A stretch of 64,000 nt of DNA from a virus. The position numbers were made by a program, and so were the translations under genes. The notes beneath the pieces were generated by a model. The model was not told where the DNA came from. It ran no database searches and saw only the letters and a program-made list of their open reading frames with translations. Location: the IMG/VR virus record IMGVR_UViG_3300026484_000110. One strand, given 5' to 3'. Positions 57,620 through 64,000 of the stretch are shown here, in pieces (positions within the stretch are counted from its first letter, which is position 1; each line of letters opens with the position of its first letter).

Positions 57620-57910
57620 ATGGAAATATTAAATATAAACACAGTATACATGATTATTGGTTTATGTTATATAATTCTTAGCTTGGGCTTGATTACATTC
57701 TATATAGTAAACGATGGTTTTCCTAAAAATGGTTTAGAATTTGGTATTGCGGTTAAAAGTGGTTTATTGGCCATAATTTATTTAATAGGTGGTCTAATCT
57801 TGGGCGTAGTAGGCGCAATATTTAGTTCTGTTGTTTTACTCGTTGCAGTAATTGTTGTACCTATTTATTATTTATTACTTGTATTAACAAATAAGTTACT
57901 AAAGGTTTAA
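57620..57910 (+). CDS. Small multi-TM protein
   Basis: Largely hydrophobic 96 aa. Confidence 0.6.
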   Translation: MEILNINTVYMIIGLCYIILSLGLITFYIVNDGFPKNGLEFGIAVKSGLLAIIYLIGGLILGVVGAIFSSVVLLVAVIVVPIYYLLLVLTNKLLKV

Positions 57911-57911
57911 T

Positions 57912-58172
57912 ATGGAAAAAGAAAGGGAATTTAAAAAATCAGAATTCTTGTATGATGTGCCTGGTAGCCATTTCAGAAATATGTCTTACGAGACTGCCAT
58001 TAAAGAAAAGATTGGGTTAGGTGAGAAACTAAAAAATAAACTATCTAATCTAATCTTCAGTGATAAGTTAAACAAAGAAGAAAAAATGAAGTTAAATGAA
58101 AGATTATACATGGTAATGAAGGCTATAGAGTTCAACAGGTTATTAATAGAAGAAATGAATGGGAAGATTTAA
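57912..58172 (+). CDS. Hypothetical protein
   Basis: 86 aa. Confidence 0.55.
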   Translation: MEKEREFKKSEFLYDVPGSHFRNMSYETAIKEKIGLGEKLKNKLSNLIFSDKLNKEEKMKLNERLYMVMKAIEFNRLLIEEMNGKI

Positions 58173-58186
58173 CCCCCATTCATTTC
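58152..58186 (+). terminator. Intrinsic terminator
   Basis: GAAATGAATGGG / CCCATTCATTTC. Confidence 0.6.
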
Positions 58187-58230
58187 TAAGTTTTCTTTTT
58201 TGTCTGAAAAAATATAACAAAAGGATTATT

Positions 58231-60342
58231 ATGGCAAAATTCTTGAATATAAGATTAGACACGAAAAAAGATTTTTTTATTTTCAGAATGGATAATACTA
58301 ATAATTTCTACAGATTACTAAAAACAGTAGTCACCGATACAACTTTAAAGATAATATTTAAATTAAGTAAAACAAAAATAGAAATACATGATTATTTTCT
58401 TTTTGATTTCTATAATATAATCGAAAGAATTTATGAATATGAAAATGATGAAAAGGTAAAATTAGCTATTAAACATTTCGGGATAGTAAATTTGAATATA
58501 ATAAAACACCTACTGGAAAATGAGACTTACCTAAAAGATTTATTAAATCAAGAAACTAAAATACCAAATATAACTAAGTTAGAAAAAATATTAAAATTTA
58601 AACCTTTACCACACCAGTTAAGGTTATATAGTCATTATTTAACTAGTAAATCAGATTTAAATATAAGGGGAGTACTACTAGATGCAGCAGTAGGTACCGG
58701 TAAAACATATATGTCATTGTCACTCGGAGAACTATTAAATTATAAGCGTTTTCTTGTTATAGCCCCTAAAGCGGTTTTAGATAGAGTCTGGGTAAAATCT
58801 ATCACCAATGAACTTTATAAAAAGCCACAGTCGTATAAAATTTTAACTACTAAAGATTTTACATTCAATAATGAAAAGTTTTTAATTACAAATTATGAAA
58901 CAATAATTAAATTGGTAAACGATGATAAGTTTAAAAATGAAATTAAGAAAATTAAACCATTCTTAATAGTAGATGAATCCCATAATTTAAACAATATTGA
59001 TGCAAAACGTACTGCAAGTGTAATAGATTTGGTAAATTTTACAGGTATAGAGGATATTGCTTTATTAACTGGTACTCCAATAAAGATGACAGCTAAAGAA
59101 TTGACAGCAGTATCTGCAATGTTGGATAAAAGAGTAAATAAGATACTAAAATTAGTAGAACTGTATTTCAAATCTGCTGATTTACATGTTATAAAAAAGA
59201 AATTAGACTATTACAGAGTTACGATACATAGAGATACCGATAGGCTACCAGGAATATTTATGGATACTATAAGAATAGAATTAAAAGATTACAAAAAATA
59301 CCTATTAACCACAATTAGAGAAGATATGAAACAATATAAAGAAGAGAAAACGGAATATTACCTAAAATACTACGATGAATTCTATTTAGACTTTTTGAAA
59401 TTATTAAATTTAGCTTTGGATAGAGCTGTTAATAAAGGGATAGTTACCGATAAAAAGAGAATTATGAATAGATATTTGGATTTAGTAAAAACATTTTTTA
59501 AACATAGAGAATTTATTTTACCTCTAGCAGACCAATTAAAAGAAGCTAAAGAAATTGAAGAAAAGTATATCTTACCTATGTTAGTGAAAGAAGAAAAAGA
59601 TGAATTTAAAAGACTAGCTGCTATTGTAAAATATCCTAACCTAAAAGCAATGGGTGAAGCACTAGGAAACATAGTATTAAAACGTAGATTAGAATGCTAT
59701 ACTAAATTAGCTAAAAATCTAGATTATAAGGATATTATCAATAGTGTAGAAAAGAAAACCATTGTATTTAGTACATTTATTAATACCTGTGAAAAAGCTT
59801 ATGAAGAATCTATAAAACAAGAATTAAAACCTATTAGAGTATACGGAGAATATGTAAAGGATTTAGCTAAAAATGTAAAATGGTTTAATGATATAAAAAG
59901 CAAAGTAAATCCATTAATAGCTACTTACCAATCACTTAGTACTGGAGTACCATTAATAGGTGCTAATCAAATCTTAATGTTAAATGTACCGTTTAGACTT
60001 TATATGTATGACCAAAGTATAGGTAGAGCTTGGAGATTAAGTCAGGATACTGATGTATATATTATAAATGTAAAACTCTATACAGAAGAGGATTATAATA
60101 TTACTGATAGAGACTTGTATATATTAAATCTTAGTAAAAATAATGTAGAATTTATTACAGGAAGTAATACGCCTTATGATATACCTGAAGGTGATGAACC
60201 AGTACAAATGGATGATACCATACCATTAAGTAATTTTATAGATATAGATGGTTTAATCAGTACAAGAACAACCAAGTTCATTGACGTAATCAAAAACACC
60301 ATAATAGATATGTTTAACAGTTTTATAAAAATAAAAAAATAA
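58231..60342 (+). CDS. SNF2-like helicase (phiKZ gp203-like)
   Basis: AAVGTGKT, VDESH, LLTGTP, QSIGRAWR; SD AAAGGA before 58231. Confidence 0.85.
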   Translation: MAKFLNIRLDTKKDFFIFRMDNTNNFYRLLKTVVTDTTLKIIFKLSKTKIEIHDYFLFDFYNIIERIYEYENDEKVKLAIKHFGIVNLNIIKHLLENETYLKDLLNQETKIPNITKLEKILKFKPLPHQLRLYSHYLTSKSDLNIRGVLLDAAVGTGKTYMSLSLGELLNYKRFLVIAPKAVLDRVWVKSITNELYKKPQSYKILTTKDFTFNNEKFLITNYETIIKLVNDDKFKNEIKKIKPFLIVDESHNLNNIDAKRTASVIDLVNFTGIEDIALLTGTPIKMTAKELTAVSAMLDKRVNKILKLVELYFKSADLHVIKKKLDYYRVTIHRDTDRLPGIFMDTIRIELKDYKKYLLTTIREDMKQYKEEKTEYYLKYYDEFYLDFLKLLNLALDRAVNKGIVTDKKRIMNRYLDLVKTFFKHREFILPLADQLKEAKEIEEKYILPMLVKEEKDEFKRLAAIVKYPNLKAMGEALGNIVLKRRLECYTKLAKNLDYKDIINSVEKKTIVFSTFINTCEKAYEESIKQELKPIRVYGEYVKDLAKNVKWFNDIKSKVNPLIATYQSLSTGVPLIGANQILMLNVPFRLYMYDQSIGRAWRLSQDTDVYIINVKLYTEEDYNITDRDLYILNLSKNNVEFITGSNTPYDIPEGDEPVQMDDTIPLSNFIDIDGLISTRTTKFIDVIKNTIIDMFNSFIKIKK

Positions 60343-60353
60343 ATCTACTTGAC

Positions 60354-60379
60354 ATACAGAGGATAATTATCCTCTGTAT
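60354..60379. terminator. Bidirectional terminator (26-bp perfect palindrome)
   Basis: ATACAGAGGATAATTATCCTCTGTAT. Confidence 0.72.
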
Positions 60380-60954
60380 AAGTATTTATACCATATGTAA
60401 TAATCCCAAATGTTTTGTACCACATTTAGGATTAACATCATCTTGGTGAATAATATCAAATCTATTTTGAAATAAGTAAGACATACTAACGCTATGCCGC
60501 TACCTAATGCTCCACCTATGCTAAATATTAATTCTTCCTTTTTTCTTATTTTCCTTAATAATCTTTTACCAGCTTTATTTATTTTATAATCTTCTAAATC
60601 TCTAGCGGATACTCTCTCCAATCTGTTACTAATTGCATTTATAATAATTACACTATATACAACTAAACCAGCCATTCTTAGATTATTGCTAATTAGTACT
60701 ACATATAGAACTAACAAAAATATAGTTTCTATAGAAATGTTTAAGAATTTCATTTTAGTATAATCCAGAAATTTACCGTAAGCTATTTTAATACCAATAA
60801 TTCCTGATACAAATATCATAAATTCAAATATAGGTATATAATTTACCCCTATTGCATTTTTAGCAACTAACATAAAAGTAGTTAATGACATCCAAGTAAC
60901 CACACCAAAAAAATGACTAAGCAGTTCTTTAGATTTGTATTCTATGTAATACAT
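60367..60954 (-). CDS. About 6-TM membrane protein (half-MFS-like)
   Basis: SD AAGGAG before ATG 60954; six hydrophobic segments. Confidence 0.55.
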   Translation of the reverse strand: MYYIEYKSKELLSHFFGVVTWMSLTTFMLVAKNAIGVNYIPIFEFMIFVSGIIGIKIAYGKFLDYTKMKFLNISIETIFLLVLYVVLISNNLRMAGLVVYSVIIINAISNRLERVSARDLEDYKINKAGKRLLRKIRKKEELIFSIGGALGSGIALVCLTYFKIDLILFTKMMLILNVVQNIWDYYIWYKYLYRG

Positions 60955-61065
60955 AATAAACTCCTTTTCTTTTGATTTCGCATTAACCATATAAAAATAA
61001 AAAAATTTGGAATAAGTTTTGTGATGGTTATAAAGATAGTAAAATAACTTCCATTTGGTTTTATT

Positions 61066-61078
61066 TATATATTATTAA
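61066..61078 (+). promoter_or_regulatory. Putative early promoter
   Basis: TATATATTATTAA, 41 nt before ATG. Confidence 0.68.
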
Positions 61079-61106
61079 TAAGATAAAAAACATTCGGAGG
61101 TGTAAG

Positions 61107-61409
61107 ATGCTAGATATTATGGAAATGATAAATAGTGTAGATAAAAGTAAAAGAGTTTATGCCGATTTTATAGAAAACGCGATTTTTAGAGTCGACAAAA
61201 CCATAGACAACAATTTCTTAGTAATATTAGTAGACGATAAACATAATCCAATAAGCCCGGTTATTAGAGGATTCAAAGATATAGAACCCATGAACGAATT
61301 CTTCAAGTATCGCTTCGGGTTAAGTTATGCTGGCGGTAAAATGATAATGAATGGCGTTCTAATACCGCCATTTAAAGATGCAGTAATAGATGCATGGGAA
61401 AGAAACTAG
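61107..61409 (+). CDS. Hypothetical early protein
   Basis: SD GGAGG; early motif upstream. Confidence 0.6.
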   Translation: MLDIMEMINSVDKSKRVYADFIENAIFRVDKTIDNNFLVILVDDKHNPISPVIRGFKDIEPMNEFFKYRFGLSYAGGKMIMNGVLIPPFKDAVIDAWERN

Positions 61410-61423
61410 CCCATGCATCTATT
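61385..61423 (+). terminator. Intrinsic terminator
   Basis: AATAGATGCATGGG / CCCATGCATCTATT plus T run. Confidence 0.72.
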
Positions 61424-61459
61424 TTTTCTTTTTTTGTGAATTAAACAAAGGAAATCATT

Positions 61460-61774
61460 ATGAGTAAAAATTGGAGAAATTCTAGAAAATGGAAAGAAAC
61501 TAAAGAAAAGGTAATTAAGAGAGATGGATATAGATGTGTTATATGCGGTCAGTCAGATGATCTTGCAGTACACCATATTAATGACGCTAGTTATCACCCT
61601 AATCAAAGATATTTAATAGATAATTGTGTTACTCTATGTAGAGAATGCCATACTAATTTCCATACAAATTTTAAAAAATCTTTTAGACAAAAATGTACCG
61701 AATACGATTGGAATAACTTCATTTGTCTGACTAATTATTTTAAGAGTAAATTTACTAAAGGAGATCAGAAGTGA
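61460..61774 (+). CDS. Stand-alone HNH endonuclease
   Basis: C..CG....AVHHI.......NCVTLC..CH..FH. Confidence 0.85.
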   Translation: MSKNWRNSRKWKETKEKVIKRDGYRCVICGQSDDLAVHHINDASYHPNQRYLIDNCVTLCRECHTNFHTNFKKSFRQKCTEYDWNNFICLTNYFKSKFTKGDQK

Positions 61775-62163
61775 AGTTACCCAGTAATTATGCTACGATG
61801 ATTAAAATACATACACCATTGTCTAGTATTAATCTGATAGGCATAATTGAAAATAGTCTTGTTATTAAAAATTACTACCACGCCTCCATAGATACTAATT
61901 TAGGTTTACGTAGTTTAAAACAAATGATAGAAGATTACTTTAAACTTAAAGATACAATATTAAATAATTTACTTTGGATTGTAGAAGGAGATAACTGCTT
62001 ATATATTGCTATTTATAAAAATGCTAATACTGAGAATATAGTAAAACAATTTAACATTCTATTAGATTATTTAGTTTTTTATAAAAAAATTAAAAAATAT
62101 GAATATAGGTATAAATCTAATGAAGCATTTAATGTAGTATTATTTAAAGGAGTAAAAGAATGA
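61771..62163 (+). CDS. Hypothetical protein
   Basis: 130 aa, GTGA overlap with HNH stop. Confidence 0.5.
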   Translation: MKLPSNYATMIKIHTPLSSINLIGIIENSLVIKNYYHASIDTNLGLRSLKQMIEDYFKLKDTILNNLLWIVEGDNCLYIAIYKNANTENIVKQFNILLDYLVFYKKIKKYEYRYKSNEAFNVVLFKGVKE

Positions 62164-62501
62164 AAATTAAGAGAATTTTAATCGGTGTAGTAACTTTTCT
62201 TTTATTTGTAACCTTTTTTATAGGTACAGATCCTAGTACTAAATTTTTCCAAAACTTATCTTGGGGTGCACAATTAATTCTAACATTAGGTATTTTTATT
62301 ATAGCTAGTGTAGGATTCTGGATGATAGAAATAGCATATGACTTTTTCATAGATCCAATCTACGGTAAAGCAGGATTTCTAGTAGACAAAGCTAAGGAAG
62401 ATGCTAAAGGCGCAGGTTTAGCGTTAATAGCTAGAAGTATAAATATATTAGCTGCAGCTATAATAGTAGCAGCGAGTATATTAGCACTTAATATTGGATA
62501 A
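62160..62501 (+). CDS. Multi-TM protein, holin-like
   Basis: Three hydrophobic segments; A......GAGLALIA motif. Confidence 0.5.
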   Translation: MKIKRILIGVVTFLLFVTFFIGTDPSTKFFQNLSWGAQLILTLGIFIIASVGFWMIEIAYDFFIDPIYGKAGFLVDKAKEDAKGAGLALIARSINILAAAIIVAASILALNIG

Positions 62502-62571
62502 AAAAATGTTTTTAGAATTTAATATTCTAATAACATTATTGATTTCTATTATAATTGGATTAATTACATTA

Positions 62572-62603
62572 CACTCACTAGGAGTAAATACTCCTAGTGA
62601 GTG
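62572..62603. terminator. Bidirectional terminator
   Basis: CACTCACTAGGAGTA / TACTCCTAGTGAGTG. Confidence 0.75.
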
Positions 62604-62604
62604 A

Positions 62605-63735
62605 TTACCAATCATCTCCCATATCCAAGGTACCTACCGTATAATCAGCTACATTTCTTTCGAAGAATCCTGTTCTTTTACTCTCACTACCGCCTACCAA
62701 ATGTTTATTCAATAGGTCTTGTAATGGATTAAATTCAGATTCTTCATATAGTAATGGTAATCCTAAATTTTTACAAACAGAATTACCTTTACCCTCTACA
62801 AATATATCAATTGCTCTTTCGCTAAATCCTAATAATCCTTTACTTACATACTTAGTCCATCTCTTTTCTGCATTTACCATTTCTTCTATTAGACTTAAAG
62901 AAAACTCTTTTACGTCTTCAGGTACCACACCGTCAAAATTTTCTTTTACAGCTGTTCTGAATATGTTTTTAAATATTGGTACATGTGACAATGTCTCATC
63001 TTTCATAATTTCAGCTATCATTTCAGCACTACCAGGCATTTTATTTTCCAAACTAAGTATTACCGCAAAACCTCCAGGAAATACCAATTCTTCTAATATT
63101 TGATTAGCTGTACATGCTTTTAATAAATCTTTTATAGTAGGTTCTTTAACAATTAAATATTTACCATCTTTTACTTCAATACCTAATTTTAATCTAATAT
63201 CTTTACCTTCTACAACAATTTCAACATCATCGTATGCCTTAGCATACATATTTGCAATACTCATATTCTTTATAAATAATTCATTATCTTCATTATGTAA
63301 ATAATAAATAAAGTCACCAGTTACTTCCTCTGCCATTCTTGCATATGCGTCACTATGTACGACTTCTTCACTAGCTTGTCTTACAATACACATATTTACA
63401 GCAGGACTAGTAATATATCTGTTAATATTGTCTACTAATTGATTAGCTTGTATACTATCATTTGTAGCCAATTGCGCTAATACTAAATCATAAGCTCTCT
63501 TTTCAGCATCTGTTAAGTTACTGTATCTCTTTTTATCTTTTTCTAAATTTATTCTTTTAGGGAACCATGTCCTACCTTCCATATTAGCATATAACTGTAT
63601 AGCCCAATCATGATTACTTTTATTTCTAAATATAATACCATTAGGATTACCACAAAATATTTTAGCTTCATCGTAGTCTTCTTTACTGTCTAAGTTGTAT
63701 AGTTTCTTAGGTAATACAAATTCACATTTTGACAT
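62605..63735 (-). CDS. nrdB: Ribonucleotide reductase class Ia beta subunit
   Basis: NDSIQ, EEVVHSDAY (radical Tyr), EELVFPGGF, DETLSH, GFFE. Confidence 0.95.
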   Translation of the reverse strand: MSKCEFVLPKKLYNLDSKEDYDEAKIFCGNPNGIIFRNKSNHDWAIQLYANMEGRTWFPKRINLEKDKKRYSNLTDAEKRAYDLVLAQLATNDSIQANQLVDNINRYITSPAVNMCIVRQASEEVVHSDAYARMAEEVTGDFIYYLHNEDNELFIKNMSIANMYAKAYDDVEIVVEGKDIRLKLGIEVKDGKYLIVKEPTIKDLLKACTANQILEELVFPGGFAVILSLENKMPGSAEMIAEIMKDETLSHVPIFKNIFRTAVKENFDGVVPEDVKEFSLSLIEEMVNAEKRWTKYVSKGLLGFSERAIDIFVEGKGNSVCKNLGLPLLYEESEFNPLQDLLNKHLVGGSESKRTGFFERNVADYTVGTLDMGDDW

Positions 63736-63786
63736 AATTTCTCCTTTATCTGTTGTTTGTCAAAATACAGACAAAATAAGAAAAAG

Positions 63787-63815
63787 ACAGTAGAGAACTT
63801 TACATTCTCTACTGT
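63787..63815 (-). terminator. Terminator between nrdA and nrdB
   Basis: ACAGTAGAGAA / TTCTCTACTGT with A-tract on + strand. Confidence 0.6.
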
Positions 63816-64000
63816 TAATTAGCACAACCAATACAAGCTATTTCTTCTTCTCTAATTTCATCATTTCTAGGAGGTTTACTCCTTAAATAGTAAAGTGTTT
63901 TTAATCCTTTTTTCCATGCATGTCTAATGGTATCTCTAATTGTCTTACCGGTAATCTTAGTTGGATCGAAATACAAATTATGACTAATACCCATGTCTAT
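63815..64000 (-). CDS. nrdA: Ribonucleotide reductase alpha subunit, C-terminus (partial)
   Basis: Own translation: IDMGISHNLYFD...AWKKGLKTLYYLRS...ACIGCAN*. Confidence 0.93.
   Translation of the reverse strand: MDMGISHNLYFDPTKITGKTIRDTIRHAWKKGLKTLYYLRSKPPRNDEIREEEIACIGCAN

Noticed and set aside
2009-62350. Short antisense ORFs in the track (e.g. 2009-2200, 10557-10796, 12857-13153, 34349-34696, 51254-51664, 59382-59672)
   Set aside because: They are shadows of strongly supported genes on the other strand, lack SD sites, and have composition typical of reverse-complemented K/E-rich codons.
62506-62604. 32-aa hydrophobic ORF as a firm CDS
   Set aside because: Weak SD and it runs through the bidirectional terminator; kept only as a mention.
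1-64000. Stop-codon reassignment (as in some jumbo phages)
   Set aside because: Core genes are full length in code 11, and TAA, TAG and TGA all occur at true gene ends next to terminators.
1-64000. CRISPR arrays, tRNA/rRNA genes, transposases, reverse transcriptase/DGR
   Set aside because: No spaced direct repeats, cloverleaf-compatible gaps or relevant protein motifs found by eye; coding density leaves little room.
1-64000. Direct proof of nucleus formation (chmA, phuZ)
   Set aside because: Neither gene is recognisable in this window; nucleus formation remains an inference from PicA/ChmC synteny.

Overview
This is a 64 kb slice of a very AT-rich (high-20s % GC by spot counts), densely coding phiKZ-like jumbo phage (Chimalliviridae) genome, read in the standard genetic code. 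It carries the SbcD / gp66-like / ChmC / sigma-like gp68 / PicA(Imp1) / gp70 / nvRNAP beta-C / nvRNAP beta'-C / SF2 helicase block. Other core genes present are the head protease, DnaB, major capsid protein, nvRNAP beta-N, a virion RNAP beta' piece, the exonuclease-containing half of the split PolB and a SNF2 helicase. Accessory content includes an ATP-dependent ligase, a tail-fibre/chaperone cluster, an intact M17 leucyl aminopeptidase, a divergent ThyX, an HNH nuclease and class Ia RNR (nrdB plus the nrdA end). NrdB and PepA look Campylobacterota-like, so this may be a nucleus-forming phage of that phylum; chmA and phuZ are not in the window, so nucleus formation is inferred. The strongest signal that the ORF track misses is a T_TTT_TTT slippery site at 39392-39386 (minus strand). 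It joins ORF 40762-39332 in the -1 frame to the start-less ORF 39305-38808, a lambda G/GT-style tail-chaperone frameshift. Also visible are a 9-copy early promoter (WATATATTAYTWA), a candidate TNTGA late promoter, about 24 perfect hairpins that share stem sequences, a stand-alone PolB-fingers micro-protein, a prion-like Q/P/M tail next to PicA and a 42%-GC orphan gene. phiKZ gp equivalences come from remembered motifs and synteny, not from searches.
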